The translations under genes and the position numbers were made by a program. Shown here one piece after another: positions 29,008 through 40,244 of a stretch of DNA of 64,000 nt. The first letter of the stretch is position 1; each line of letters opens with the position of its first letter. Under the pieces are notes generated by a model. That model did not search any database and was not told the DNA's origin. It worked only from the letters and a program-made list of their open reading frames with translations. This DNA comes from Bacteroidota bacterium (GTDB lineage Bacteria > Bacteroidota > Rhodothermia > Rhodothermales > UBA10348): the NCBI GenBank assembly GCA_029262855.1, contig JAJCYP010000030.1:5111-69110 (forward strand). Reading direction: 5' to 3'.

Positions 29008-29874
29008 CTAGCGCGCGGCGTCGAGCAGGTCCTGAATGCGACTTTCGATGAGTTCTTTTTTCCGGCCCTGGCGCGTGTCCATGAGACTCCGCAGCTCACG
29101 GAGTCGTCCGTCCAGTTGCTCGATTTCGGCTCTGCGGTTCTCCTGCTTGAGTTCGAAGATCTCCTCGAGTCTCTCCGCAAGGTGGGTTCGCAACTCCGCT
29201 CGACGGCTGGCGTCAGCTGTCGCCAGAATCTGCGAGGCCAGACGGCGGGTTTCGATTTCCATCAGGTGCTCCCGCAGAATACCATCGTACAGACCGCCGT
29301 TTCGGTCCTGAAGGTCTTCCAGATAGGACTGCAGCTCGATGCGGGGAAAGGCCCGGACCATTTCGGCGGCCTGGCCTGATTCCTCAAGCAAGCGCTCGGC
29401 CAGGGTCACCGAACGGGTGCGGTCAAACTCGGTATGCAACTGATCCATCTCGCGGAGTTGGCCATCCAGAATCTCGTAGTAGATCCCGACCGGATTGTCC
29501 TTTCCCCGCCCGACGCGCGTGCCCAGCAGGTCAAACGTGTTGCCCTGTCCGCTGGTGTACGCGAAGGCCGGCGGGCCCTGGCGGCCGATGAAAACGACGA
29601 AGTCATCGTCCTTTGGCTCGGCCTCAACAAGCCGCCCCTCCTCGATAAGGAAGGCCTGGTCACCCAGACGGAATTGGGTAGGACCCGAGAAGCTGAGGCT
29701 TGCTGTCAGGCCCTCCAGGTCAAGAGACCCGGGGAGGGATTCCTGTTTTTGAAGTGTTCCGTCCACATACACCAACCCGTTTTCGATGCGGATGGTGTGG
29801 CTCTGGGCGGAGGCCGAGAAACTCGCACCGCAAATGAGCGCGACTCCCAGCAGGCATGCATTGAATCTCTTCAT
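29008..29874 (-). CDS. secreted protein with C-terminal coiled coil (paralog of 28242..28970)
   Basis: Signal peptide MKRFNACLLGVALICGASFSASA. Shares the I-x-I-x-x-G-x-x-YV-x-G N-terminal motif and the charged helical C-terminus with the downstream gene. Confidence 0.6.
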   Translation of the reverse strand: MKRFNACLLGVALICGASFSASAQSHTIRIENGLVYVDGTLQKQESLPGSLDLEGLTASLSFSGPTQFRLGDQAFLIEEGRLVEAEPKDDDFVVFIGRQGPPAFAYTSGQGNTFDLLGTRVGRGKDNPVGIYYEILDGQLREMDQLHTEFDRTRSVTLAERLLEESGQAAEMVRAFPRIELQSYLEDLQDRNGGLYDGILREHLMEIETRRLASQILATADASRRAELRTHLAERLEEIFELKQENRRAEIEQLDGRLRELRSLMDTRQGRKKELIESRIQDLLDAAR

Positions 29875-29887
29875 CGTGTAATCCTGT

Positions 29888-30508
29888 TTACCGTCGGGAT
29901 CCTGCCGGGGTCACACCCCGGACCGATCCCGTCGGAAGCATTTCAAGTGGCACCGCCGGTTCGTCCCATTGGTCGACGCCTGCCGCTTGGAGGGACTGTA
30001 TTCGACGCGAAAGGCGGCGGAGGTCATCTCCTGAATCCCACTCGGGCATTCCGGTGGCGGCGTGGCGCGCGATCGGCGCGGCTGGAGGCAGCGCCTGGAG
30101 CAACGATTCTGCCGGGGCCGCACCGTCTGCCGCATCGGCCATGGACGCCGGTGACAAGCTCGGCGTCAGAAGATTCCACGGATTGACCATCACGGTCAGA
30201 GCCAGCGCGGCGGCCAGTGCAAGACCTACACCGAGTCCTCGTTTCTTGAAGGTCATCAGGCGCATCGGTGCGCGGTCAGAACGCCGGCCGGGCGCCGTCT
30301 GCGCCAGGGATGCGGCCTCGCGAACAATGGCGTTTACCACGCGGGCCGGAGGCCGTGCTCTGACCCGATGGTCAAGCGCGAACTTCGCCCCACTCAGCGC
30401 CTGATATTCGGCGGCCAATTCGGGATCCTCGAGCAGCTCCCTGAGCGGCCGCACGTCACCGGACGGCTCGTCATAGAGATGTTCAATCAGTTGTAGCTCC
30501 TTGTCCAT
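29888..30508 (-). CDS. putative anti-sigma factor (single-pass membrane protein)
   Basis: It follows the ECF sigma gene after an 18-nt gap. One central TM helix (GLGVGLALAAALALTVMV). The assignment is by context only. Confidence 0.5.
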   Translation of the reverse strand: MDKELQLIEHLYDEPSGDVRPLRELLEDPELAAEYQALSGAKFALDHRVRARPPARVVNAIVREAASLAQTAPGRRSDRAPMRLMTFKKRGLGVGLALAAALALTVMVNPWNLLTPSLSPASMADAADGAAPAESLLQALPPAAPIARHAATGMPEWDSGDDLRRLSRRIQSLQAAGVDQWDEPAVPLEMLPTGSVRGVTPAGSRR

Positions 30509-30526
30509 GAGATTCTGTTTCGGTTC

Positions 30527-31138
30527 CTAGGCGCGAAGCCCCGCCGCATCGGCGGGCATCAGTTTCTTGAGATTCAGCAGGGCGTATCGCATTCGACCCA
30601 GGGCAGTGTTGATGGACACGTCAGTAAGGGCAGCGATTTCCCGGAAGGTGAGCTCCGCCTCATGTCGGAGGAGGAGAACTTCCCGCTGCTCGGGGGGCAG
30701 TTTGTCGATGGCCCCCCTAAGCCAGGTTCGCTGATCTTCCTGATCCATTTCCTGATCAACCAGTGGTGCGTCATCCGTGAGTTGATCCCAGTAGCCGATT
30801 CCGTCCTGGTCTGAATGCGCTTCCACATCCTGCCACCGTTTCCGGGTTCGGAGGTGATCCAGGGCTGCGTTTCTGGCGATGCGAAGCACCCAACCCAAGA
30901 AGCGGCCCTGTTGTGTGTACGAGGCCCGCTGCCCCTGAAGCGCCTTCAGGACACGAAGAAACGTCTCCTGGAAGAGGTCGTCGGCGGTACTCGGATCCTT
31001 GACCATTCCCAGCAGGAACCCATATACGCGATCCTGATGCCGCTCGACCAACGTTCGAATAGCGCGTTCGTCACCCCGCTGCGCGTAAGCGACAATGAGC
31101 TGTTCGTCGGTTGATGAGGACAGAACCTGTACGGACAA
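30527..31138 (-). CDS. ECF-type RNA polymerase sigma-70 factor
   Basis: Region 2 DDLFQETFLRVLKAL and region 4 EVLLLRHEAELTFREIAALTDVSINTALGRMRYAL. Confidence 0.9.
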   Translation of the reverse strand: MSVQVLSSSTDEQLIVAYAQRGDERAIRTLVERHQDRVYGFLLGMVKDPSTADDLFQETFLRVLKALQGQRASYTQQGRFLGWVLRIARNAALDHLRTRKRWQDVEAHSDQDGIGYWDQLTDDAPLVDQEMDQEDQRTWLRGAIDKLPPEQREVLLLRHEAELTFREIAALTDVSINTALGRMRYALLNLKKLMPADAAGLRA

Positions 31139-31200
31139 GGCCGAGCTGGAGGATTGGTTGGATCCGGTCCGGAGATCGGGTGATCCCCGGCGACTTCCGT

Positions 31201-31239
31201 CAATACAACGAAGCCGCGTGCAGGATTATTGCACGCGGC
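31201..31239 (-). terminator. rho-independent terminator after the LysM transglycosylase gene
   Basis: Perfect 10-bp stem GCCGCGTGCA/TGCACGCGGC (31213-31239) with a 7-nt loop. On the minus strand it is followed by TTCGTTGTATTG. Confidence 0.65.
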
Positions 31240-31277
31240 TCGTTCGAAAAGGTCCAACTGCGTGCTTGCGCAATTCC

Positions 31278-33464
31278 CTACTGGCCGGACACCAGCAGTT
31301 TCTTGCCTGGGTAGATACGATCCGACTTCAGGTCATTCCACCGGCGGATGTCCTGGATAGTCACACCGTACTTGCGGGCGATGTCGGTCAGGTTGTCCCC
31401 GCTGGCCACTACGTGGGTGGCCTGACTCTTCGCTGGCCGCTCCGCGGGGACGAGCTTCAAGGTCTGGCCCGTCCGAATACGACTGCCAGAGAGTCCATTC
31501 CATGCTCTGATGTCGGCGACCGAGACGCCGTGGCGGGAGGCGATGCCCGAAAGCGTATCGCCCGACTTGACCCGGTAGACGGTTTCGCGGGAAGGTTCTG
31601 GCCCGGAAGCCCCCTGTGCCAGGCCATTCCAGCCGTCTGCGACATAGATCACGAGCCTCTGGCCAGTACGGATGCGAGACCCTCTCAGGTTATTCCAGGA
31701 GCGAACCCGGCTCAGGCCTACACCATGGGCTTCCGCGATCTCCGAGATGGTGTCGCCGCGGCGCACCCTGTAGGTCACACGTTTTCCTGGTGTTTGAGGT
31801 GCGACGGCCGCAATGGCAACAGGGCCGCGAGGTTCTGTAGTCTGCATGTCCGGGATCACGGCCCGGTTTCTGAATTCGATCGGGTCCCGGGACAGGATCG
31901 GTGTCAGCGTCATCGCCCGGTACGCGATTGACATCGGCTCGGCTTCTGCAGCCGCCTGTGCAACCGGGAAGCTGTAGTCGGAGGTCGGGACAATCAAACG
32001 TTGTCCCGGCTTGATCAGACTCCCTCTCAATTGGTTGTCGGAGCGGAGTTGGGAGACAGAAACTCCATACGTGGAGGCAATCTCGGACAGCGTGTCTCCG
32101 CGGCGGACAATGTGCTCGCCGGGCGGGCGAAGGGCCCCCGGCGGAAGCTCGGCATATGAAGCCAGGAACTGGTCCGAGGTCCCGATGGGGAGCCGCAGCG
32201 GATAGGGCTTGGCTGAAGGCGGCAGGTACCCGCGACGAAGGGCAGGATTCAGGGCCTTTATGTCATCCAGTGAGGCTCCCGCCATTCGGGCCACGTCGCG
32301 AAGGGCGAGGCTGCCGCGCACCGGGACCAGCTCATAGGCGAACGGACTCCCGATAGTCTCCGGCTGAATTCCGTAGGCATCGGGATTCGACAGCATGATC
32401 GACGTGGCGATGTACTGCGGTATGTAGCCGCGCGTCTCCCTGGGGAGGTAGGGGTACATGTCCCAGAACGTCGGATTCTCGACGCCCTTCTCTCGTGCCC
32501 GTCGCTTGGCCCGGTTCAGGCACCTTGGACTGCAATTGTAGCCGGCCATGGCGACATGCCAATCGCCTTCTCTCTCGAAGAGATCCTTGAGGTGTTTGGC
32601 GGCGGCGCGGGTCGCTTTCTCGGGATCCATGCGCTCGTCTACCCAGCCGTCGACAACCAGGTCATAGGCCCGGCCGGTAGCGGCCATGAACTGCCACATC
32701 CCCACGGCAGATGCCCGACTGCGCACAGCCGGCCTCAGGCCGCTTTCTATCATGGCGAGGTACTTGAGCTCGTCCGGCACTCCTTCTTCCTCAAAGACCG
32801 TTTCAATGAGCGGAAACCACGTGTGTGCACGATCCGCCCAGGAAGCCAGCGTCTTGGGCCGCTTCTCCAGCAAGACCTGCATGGCCGTGGTGACCGCCTT
32901 GTTCACCGTCATGGGGACCTGCGTGTTCGCAATGGCCGCCGGCTCGGGAAGAAACGCGTCGCCCCCTGGAGAGTCCGTCGGGTTCTCCAGATTATTGAGG
33001 GCCGCGAACGTCTGTTCGCGTGCTGCAAACACCTCGTCGGCGCTCGCCAACCCGCCCGGTCCGAAGAATCGTTCGTGCTCGGTCAGAATGGTCTGATAGA
33101 GCTCCGCAAATCGTTCGTCCTGCAGGTACTCGAATCTCGCGAGCAAAGGCTGAATGTCCTCGACCATCGACGCAAGACGAGACTCTGCCAGGATAAAGTC
33201 CTCGTTGGCCTGCGCCTCCAGGACCGCCGCATGGCGGCGGTAGAGCTCGGCGACCGTGGGCAGGGGCTCAGGGTCCAGGCGCTGATCCGCAAGCGAGGCT
33301 GGCACGACAAGAGGCGGGGCGGGCAGAGTTTCCGCCGGGCGCAGCTGGAGGGCCCGAAAATCCTGGGCCGACGAGGTCCCGGGAGCAAGGATGAGAAACA
33401 CAAGGGCGGCCAGAGTCAAGGTCAGAGGAGACCCGCTAGCCCAGGTTCGATTCGATACGGTCAC
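31278..33464 (-). CDS. mltD: membrane-bound lytic murein transglycosylase D-like, SLT domain + 4 LysM repeats
   Basis: SLT catalytic region LKYLAMIESGLRP...GMWQFM. Four C-terminal LysM units, for example YRVRRGDTISEIAEAHGV and HVVASGDNLTDIARKYGV. Confidence 0.88.
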   Translation of the reverse strand: MTVSNRTWASGSPLTLTLAALVFLILAPGTSSAQDFRALQLRPAETLPAPPLVVPASLADQRLDPEPLPTVAELYRRHAAVLEAQANEDFILAESRLASMVEDIQPLLARFEYLQDERFAELYQTILTEHERFFGPGGLASADEVFAAREQTFAALNNLENPTDSPGGDAFLPEPAAIANTQVPMTVNKAVTTAMQVLLEKRPKTLASWADRAHTWFPLIETVFEEEGVPDELKYLAMIESGLRPAVRSRASAVGMWQFMAATGRAYDLVVDGWVDERMDPEKATRAAAKHLKDLFEREGDWHVAMAGYNCSPRCLNRAKRRAREKGVENPTFWDMYPYLPRETRGYIPQYIATSIMLSNPDAYGIQPETIGSPFAYELVPVRGSLALRDVARMAGASLDDIKALNPALRRGYLPPSAKPYPLRLPIGTSDQFLASYAELPPGALRPPGEHIVRRGDTLSEIASTYGVSVSQLRSDNQLRGSLIKPGQRLIVPTSDYSFPVAQAAAEAEPMSIAYRAMTLTPILSRDPIEFRNRAVIPDMQTTEPRGPVAIAAVAPQTPGKRVTYRVRRGDTISEIAEAHGVGLSRVRSWNNLRGSRIRTGQRLVIYVADGWNGLAQGASGPEPSRETVYRVKSGDTLSGIASRHGVSVADIRAWNGLSGSRIRTGQTLKLVPAERPAKSQATHVVASGDNLTDIARKYGVTIQDIRRWNDLKSDRIYPGKKLLVSGQ

Positions 33465-33567
33465 GAGACTGGAGGTTGCCTTAAGGTATCGGATGAGGTG
33501 AGGGGGCTATATCAATTTAAGTGATAGAGTTGGGATAACAAAAGATCGACATCGATATACTCGGAAT

Positions 33568-33590
33568 GCCTTCAAGTAAAAAGTGAAGGC
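33568..33590 (-). terminator. hairpin immediately downstream of the carboxyltransferase gene (weak terminator candidate)
   Basis: Perfect 7-bp stem GCCTTCA/TGAAGGC with a 9-nt A/T loop, about 5 nt after the stop. There is no clear U-tail. Confidence 0.35.
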
Positions 33591-33595
33591 TGCAC

Positions 33596-35146
33596 TTAGA
33601 GCGGGATATTACCGTGCTTTCGGCGGGGATTGTTCACGACTTTGTTTTCCAGCATCGACAGGCCTCTGATCAGTCGGTAGCGCGTCTCGGACGGAGCGAT
33701 GACGTCGTCGATGTAGCCATGCTCTGCCGCCACGTACGGGTTGGCCAACTTGTCCCTGTAGTCATCAATGAACTCCTGGCTTGCCGCCTCCGGATCATCC
33801 GCCGCTTCCAGTTGACGCCGATAGATAATCTCGACGGCCCCCTTCGGACCCATCACCGCAATCTCGGCCGTCGGCCAGGCGAAGTTCAGATCTCCCCTGA
33901 CATGTTTGGAGTTCATCACGTCGTAGGCGCCCCCGTAGGCCTTGCGGGTAATCACCGTGATCTTCGGGACGGTGGCCTCGCAGAACGCGTAGAGCAGCTT
34001 CGCTCCATGCCGGATGATGCCTCCCCACTCCTGATCCGTGCCCGGCAAGAACCCCGGGACGTCCTCAAACACAACCAGCGGGATATTGAACGCGTCACAG
34101 AACCTGACGAATCGAGCACCCTTGATGGAAGCGTCGATGTCCAGTACGCCGGCCAGTATGGCGGGATTGTTCGCGACAATGCCCACCGATCGTCCTCCCA
34201 GATGGGCAAATCCTACCACGATGTTGCCAGCGAAGTCGGGATGCAGTTCCATGAACTGACCATCATCCACAATCGCCCGGATGACATCGGTCATCTGATA
34301 GGGCTTGTTCGGATTCTGCGGCACCAGCGAGTTCAGCGCGTCGTCACCGCGATCCGCCGGGTCCGATGTCTCTCTGGTCGGCGCCGGGTCTTCGCAGTTC
34401 TGCGGGATGTAGGCGAACAGGTCCCGAATGCGCTGCAGGCAATCGGCGTCATTGGCGCAGGCCAGATGGGCGACGCCGCTCTTTACGGCGTGGGCGGACG
34501 TCCCTCCCAGCTCCTCGAAGGTCACGTCCTCCTGCGTGACGGTCTTCACCACGTTGGGGCCGGTGATGAACATGTAGCTGGTGTCCTTCACCATGAACAC
34601 GAAGTCTGTTATGGCCGGGCTGTAGACCGCCCCACCCGCGCACGGCCCCATCACGGCGGAGATCTGCGGCACGACGCCTGACGCCAGCGTGTTGCGGAGG
34701 AAGATGTCAGCATAGCCGCCCAGCGAGACGACGCCCTCCTGTATCCGGGCGCCTCCGGAGTCGTTCAGGCCGATGACCGGAGCGCCATTCTCCATGGCGA
34801 GGTCCATCACCTTGCAGATCTTCTGCGCGTGGGACTGCCCCAGAGAGCCGCCAAAGACCGTGAAGTCCTGGCTGAAGACGTAGACCAGGCGGCCGTTGAT
34901 GTGGCCAAAGCCAGTGACAACGCCGTCGCCATAGGGTCTGGTCTTCTCCATCCCGAAGTCACGGGACTGGTGCCTGACGAAGGTGCCCAATTCCTGGAAG
35001 GACCCTTGGTCCAGGAGAAGGTCGATTCGCTCGCGGGCGGTCAACTTGCCCCTCGCGTGCTGGCGTTCTATTCGGGCCTTGCCGCCGCCCAGGAGGACTT
35101 CCTCCCGCCGGGATTCCAGGTCTGCGATCTTGTCGTGTTCTGCCAT
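33596..35146 (-). CDS. pccB: acyl-CoA carboxylase carboxyltransferase subunit (propionyl-CoA carboxylase beta / methylmalonyl-CoA decarboxylase alpha family)
   Basis: [24 protein letters not shown] and AYGGAYDVM. 516 aa. Confidence 0.9.
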   Translation of the reverse strand: MAEHDKIADLESRREEVLLGGGKARIERQHARGKLTARERIDLLLDQGSFQELGTFVRHQSRDFGMEKTRPYGDGVVTGFGHINGRLVYVFSQDFTVFGGSLGQSHAQKICKVMDLAMENGAPVIGLNDSGGARIQEGVVSLGGYADIFLRNTLASGVVPQISAVMGPCAGGAVYSPAITDFVFMVKDTSYMFITGPNVVKTVTQEDVTFEELGGTSAHAVKSGVAHLACANDADCLQRIRDLFAYIPQNCEDPAPTRETSDPADRGDDALNSLVPQNPNKPYQMTDVIRAIVDDGQFMELHPDFAGNIVVGFAHLGGRSVGIVANNPAILAGVLDIDASIKGARFVRFCDAFNIPLVVFEDVPGFLPGTDQEWGGIIRHGAKLLYAFCEATVPKITVITRKAYGGAYDVMNSKHVRGDLNFAWPTAEIAVMGPKGAVEIIYRRQLEAADDPEAASQEFIDDYRDKLANPYVAAEHGYIDDVIAPSETRYRLIRGLSMLENKVVNNPRRKHGNIPL

Positions 35147-35249
35147 TCGCTCCAGTCGTGATTCGTCACGAGGAAGGTACGAGGCATCACGGGCTTCCGA
35201 CGCCCAACGCTCCGCTTTCTTCGGAATCAGACCGAGGCCGCGAGGAAGC

Positions 35250-36857
35250 TCAGCGCTTCCTGAACTGTGCTTCTACCGCATTGGTGAAGTCGATGGCCGC
35301 TTCGTCGTAAATGTTGACCCGGTTGGCCCGGAAAACGTCGATCGTGATAATGTCTGAAGCGGATCTCCAATCGGAGGCTTGCAGGATCCGGTTGAGGGCG
35401 TCGAAATAACCCTCGGAGGAACCACCGAACAGGCGGTCAATGAAGGTGTCGCGTTGCCAGGCTGAGGGGCCAAGAACTGCAAACTCAAGCGTGGCGGAGT
35501 CAAGCTCCGACTCAGGCGTCGGACCGGGGGTGGGGTGAAGCTGGATCTTGGGGGAGGGGTCCTCAGGAGCGGGGATCGGGGTCAGGCCCGATCCGCCGGA
35601 CCCATCCTGGAATTTCTTCCAGAGCGGCTGCTCATCCTCCGCTTCCGCGTCGCCGGGTGCCGGATGCGGGGCCTCTGCCCGGAAGCGAGCCCAGAGAGGT
35701 TCTGATTCCGCGTCTGGATCGAGCTCCGGGTCAGGGTCCGCTTCATCGGGAGTCTCTGGATCGGCGATGGGCCCTGAGACCACGGGGGCGCTGACCATGG
35801 AAAGCGGACGAGGAGGGCTCGGCTCCGGCTCGGGCCCGGGCTCGGGTTCTGGCTCGGGCTCGGGTTCGGGCTCGGGCTCGGGCTCGGGTTCTGGCTTGGG
35901 CTCGGGCTCGGGCTCGGGCTCAGGCTCAGGCTCGGGCTCGGGCTCGGGTTCTGGCTCGGGTTCGGGCTCAGGCTCTGGCTCAGGTTCAGGCTCGGGCTCA
36001 GGCTCACGATCAGCCTCGGCGCCGGACGCTTCCACCTCTTCCAGGGGCCGTAGCAGCGACAGCACGGCCGCTTCATGATCTTCGCCTACGCCATCGCCTT
36101 CACCGGCGGCGAGTGATATGGCAGCATCCACTTGCTCGGGCGTCAGCTCATCGAGCTCACGAGCCCGCGCATAGCCGCGGACACCTGAGGCAATGGCATG
36201 ACCGGAGCGTGTTTCGAAGAACCGCGCGAGCAGGTCCACAGGCAGCGTGCCCGTTGGCGTGTACGACCCCAAGTCCGTCAGGGGTGCGACCAGCGACTTC
36301 CAGTCATCGCCTGAAAAATCTTCGCAGATGCGCGCATCGACGGCTTCGAGAGCCTCCGAAAGCGAGTGCCGCTCGACAACGGCTCCGGCGCGCCTTTCGA
36401 TAACGGCGGTCACTGCGGTCCGCAGATGGGAGTAGCCGCGGAAGTAGGCCACTCTCCTCTGGACATCTTCGGGAGAAAGACCAGCCGTACGCTCACCGAA
36501 GACAAAATGGATGAGCGTTGGCACCGGACGGATCAGGTACGCACACACCAATTGAACGGCTTGCCGCAGGGCGCGAGGCCATTCGGGCTCCGGGTAATGC
36601 GCGTGCAGCGAGAGTATATCGATATAGTCCGCCCGGGCATCGACAATCTCCGGACGGTCGTGGTCTACCCAATCGGCAGCAAGATCCTGAATCCGGGCGG
36701 TCTCCAGTTCCAGACGCCGAGAAAGGGCGTGCTCAAGGAAATGAGCGACGGGCTGCGGAATATCGTACCGCCTCAGATCCTCCCGGGAGACGGGCTGATT
36801 TGACGGCAGCGCTTCAAGGAGCGCCGAATTAACGGCATCCGGCAGGGTTCGCGGCAT
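35250..36857 (-). CDS. hypothetical protein with central (Glu-Pro)n repeat
   Basis: 535 aa with no TM or signal peptide recognised. The central run is REPEPEPEP...PKPEPEP...GPEPEPSPP. Confidence 0.6.
   Translation of the reverse strand: MPRTLPDAVNSALLEALPSNQPVSREDLRRYDIPQPVAHFLEHALSRRLELETARIQDLAADWVDHDRPEIVDARADYIDILSLHAHYPEPEWPRALRQAVQLVCAYLIRPVPTLIHFVFGERTAGLSPEDVQRRVAYFRGYSHLRTAVTAVIERRAGAVVERHSLSEALEAVDARICEDFSGDDWKSLVAPLTDLGSYTPTGTLPVDLLARFFETRSGHAIASGVRGYARARELDELTPEQVDAAISLAAGEGDGVGEDHEAAVLSLLRPLEEVEASGAEADREPEPEPEPEPEPEPEPEPEPEPEPEPEPEPEPEPEPKPEPEPEPEPEPEPEPEPEPGPEPEPSPPRPLSMVSAPVVSGPIADPETPDEADPDPELDPDAESEPLWARFRAEAPHPAPGDAEAEDEQPLWKKFQDGSGGSGLTPIPAPEDPSPKIQLHPTPGPTPESELDSATLEFAVLGPSAWQRDTFIDRLFGGSSEGYFDALNRILQASDWRSASDIITIDVFRANRVNIYDEAAIDFTNAVEAQFRKR
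35815..36007. repeat. hexanucleotide microsatellite (GGCTCG/GGTTCT/GGCTCA variants on + strand), about 30 units, coding for (Glu-Pro)n on the minus strand
   Basis: Directly visible run ggctcgggctcgggttctggctcgggctcg... spanning about 190 nt. Confidence 0.9.
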
Positions 36858-36952
36858 AAATGAGGAGTTTGGTGTGGACGACTCTGCAACGGTCGTGCCA
36901 CTCGCGACGCAAGACGCTCAAACGGTAGGCTTGGATCCGACCAATCGCGACC

Positions 36953-36970
36953 TGTCACAGAACTGTCACA
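36953..36970 (+). promoter_or_regulatory. direct repeat TGTCACA-GAAC-TGTCACA (11-bp period), Pho-box-like response-regulator site candidate
   Basis: An exact 7-mer repeated one helical turn apart, in the divergent intergenic region 36858-37091. It is followed by AAAGTTTG, which resembles the Bacteroidetes -7 element TAnnTTTG. Confidence 0.4.
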
Positions 36971-37091
36971 AAAGTTTGGCAAATGGGCATCGTGCGCAAC
37001 GCGGCAATCGGGTAGGCGTAGCGGGCTGGAATCTCCGGCCCCGGAGTCCCCACGCCGCGTCGGCCATCCCCAATCTATTCAGGCATTTCCC

Positions 37092-38369
37092 TTGTCTCGA
37101 CAACTCGTCCCCGTCGCGCTCCTGCTCCTGCTCTTCGTGGCTTCGGTGTCGGTACCGGCGTCGGCGCAGCAGGGACCCTCTTCGGTTCGACTGTTCCTGG
37201 ACTGCGAACGGGCCTGTGACCGCTCCTTCATTCGGACTGAAATTTCCCTGGTCGATTTCGTGAATGAGCGGACGGCCTCCGACATCCACCTCCTTATAAC
37301 CAGCCAGCGAACGGGGTCCGGTGGACAGGTCTACACCCTGGCGTTTCTGGGTCAGCGTTCTTTTGCAGCCCTTTCAGATACACTCGTCTACACCAGCATC
37401 GGGACGAATTCGGATGACGACAGGCGGCGCGGCCTGACCGCGGCCATTGAGAGTGGTCTGGTGCGCTATCTCGCCCGAACTCCGCTCGCGTCGGACATGC
37501 AGATATCGCTCATCAGGCGTGAGGCGAAGGATCAGCCAACCTCCAGTTCTGAGGTAGACCCCTGGAACTACTGGGTCTACTCAATGAGCGGCAGTGGCGA
37601 CTTCAACGGAGAGGAATCCGCAAACAGGGGTTCGGTCAGAATAAATTTCTCTGCGAATCGGACGACCGAGGACTGGAAGATTCGTCTGGCAGCATTCGGC
37701 CGCTACAACGAGCGCAACTTCGACGTGGGGGATGGCGAGACGATTACGTCCCTCACTCGAAGCGGCAGCGTCTGGCTTCTGGCGGTCAAGAGCCTGGGAC
37801 CCCAATTGAGCCTGGGTGGAACGGTATTTTTCAATTCGTCCTCCCAGGACAATACCGATGCCTCCGTGACCCTGGGTCCGGCCGTCGAATACAACTTCTT
37901 CCCGTACAGCGAGTCGACCCGTCGCCAATTCACGGTGCAGTACGGATTCCGCTACGACTTTCGTGACTACGAGGAGGTCACCATTTTCAACGTGACGTCC
38001 GAGAGTCTGCTGCGCCACTCCATCCAAACGGAGTTGGACATCCAGCAGCCCTGGGGAGAGGTCAGTTTCGACTCGGAGTTCTCGCACTTCCTGACCAACT
38101 TCGATCGGTCGCTGACCGCGTCCTATCGGTTGGAACTGGATGGTGGGGCCGACATCCGCATCGCCCCCGGTCTGTCCGTCCGGTTCGGGGCAGGCTACGA
38201 ACTCATCCGGGACCAGCTCTTCTTGCCGCTCAGCGACATCTCCGACGAGGATATTCTGCTCGGTACGCGCAGTCTCCCGACCGGCTACGGGTTCGAGATC
38301 AGTGCGGGCTTCAGCTACCGGTTTGGATCGATCTACAACAACGTCGTAAATCCGCGATTCGGCAACTAG
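37092..38369 (+). CDS. hypothetical outer-membrane beta-barrel protein
   Basis: TTG start. Signal peptide SRQLVPVALLLLLFVASVSVPASAQ, then many amphipathic beta-strand segments with an aromatic-rich C-terminal region (FSYRFGSIY). Confidence 0.6.
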   Translation: MSRQLVPVALLLLLFVASVSVPASAQQGPSSVRLFLDCERACDRSFIRTEISLVDFVNERTASDIHLLITSQRTGSGGQVYTLAFLGQRSFAALSDTLVYTSIGTNSDDDRRRGLTAAIESGLVRYLARTPLASDMQISLIRREAKDQPTSSSEVDPWNYWVYSMSGSGDFNGEESANRGSVRINFSANRTTEDWKIRLAAFGRYNERNFDVGDGETITSLTRSGSVWLLAVKSLGPQLSLGGTVFFNSSSQDNTDASVTLGPAVEYNFFPYSESTRRQFTVQYGFRYDFRDYEEVTIFNVTSESLLRHSIQTELDIQQPWGEVSFDSEFSHFLTNFDRSLTASYRLELDGGADIRIAPGLSVRFGAGYELIRDQLFLPLSDISDEDILLGTRSLPTGYGFEISAGFSYRFGSIYNNVVNPRFGN

Positions 38370-38416
38370 GGACCGACGGCGCGCCCTATTTTCGCCTTCA
38401 ACCAAATGACAGGGCG

Positions 38417-39652
<1,236 letters not shown>

Positions 39653-39701
39653 TCCCTGGCGCCGACCGGTGAGACGTCCGGCTCTGCCGGGTCGACGGGC
39701 A

Positions 39702-40235
39702 TCAGGCAGACGCCAGGCCGTCCAGTTGAGCCTTGGCCAATTCAAACTGCTCCAGGGAACGGGGCAGGTAGGCGGCCGCCTCGTCGACGTACCCATCGAC
39801 CGAGCAGGACCAGACCCGGTTCAGGTACCGCTCGCCGCCCGCGTAGCACGTCATGATTTCGGCAAAGGCCTGAAGGCCGTACGCATGCTTCAGCGTCTCC
39901 CGGCTTGCGACGAATAGGTTCAGGTGTGGGACCACATTCTTGTCGATGGCCGGCGGGAGATCGTACACGCTCATGTTCGGCAAGCCGGCGCTTAGCGTAC
40001 CAACCTCTTCCACGATCCGGGCCAGGCTCGATTGCATGGTCTGGGTATCCGAGGCGATCCGCTCGGTGGCGTTGGCATCCACTCCCTGTGCACGGCGAAG
40101 GATGACGACGCCCACAAAGCCTGTGACGAGCACCATCAGGAAAGGCAACCAGGCTACCTCCACGGCATCCAGAACGGCCAGGTAGGCTCCGGCGAGGAAG
40201 GCGGCGGAAATCAAGGCGAGTCCAATTCGTTTCAT
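39702..40235 (-). CDS. hypothetical membrane protein
   Basis: 177 aa with two N-terminal TM helices. It lies 9 nt downstream of the OPT transporter gene on the same strand. Confidence 0.5.
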   Translation of the reverse strand: MKRIGLALISAAFLAGAYLAVLDAVEVAWLPFLMVLVTGFVGVVILRRAQGVDANATERIASDTQTMQSSLARIVEEVGTLSAGLPNMSVYDLPPAIDKNVVPHLNLFVASRETLKHAYGLQAFAEIMTCYAGGERYLNRVWSCSVDGYVDEAAAYLPRSLEQFELAKAQLDGLASA

Positions 40236-40244
40236 GATATCCTC

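Noticed and set aside
33465-33567. AT-rich spacer upstream of mltD scanned for a Bacteroidetes-type promoter (TTG / TAnnTTTG)
   Set aside because: Only loose matches are present (TTAAATTG, TCTTTTG). I cannot place a promoter with confidence from sequence alone.
32556-34681. 322-aa and 355-aa plus-strand ORFs opposite mltD and the carboxyltransferase gene
   Set aside because: Both are antisense to strongly supported genes. They show the low-complexity Arg/Gly/His composition typical of off-strand ORFs.
35815-36007. The regular short repeat array, considered as a CRISPR or other non-coding array
   Set aside because: The unit is only 6 nt with no spacers, and it sits in frame within a 535-aa ORF encoding (Glu-Pro)n. 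It is a coding microsatellite, not a CRISPR.
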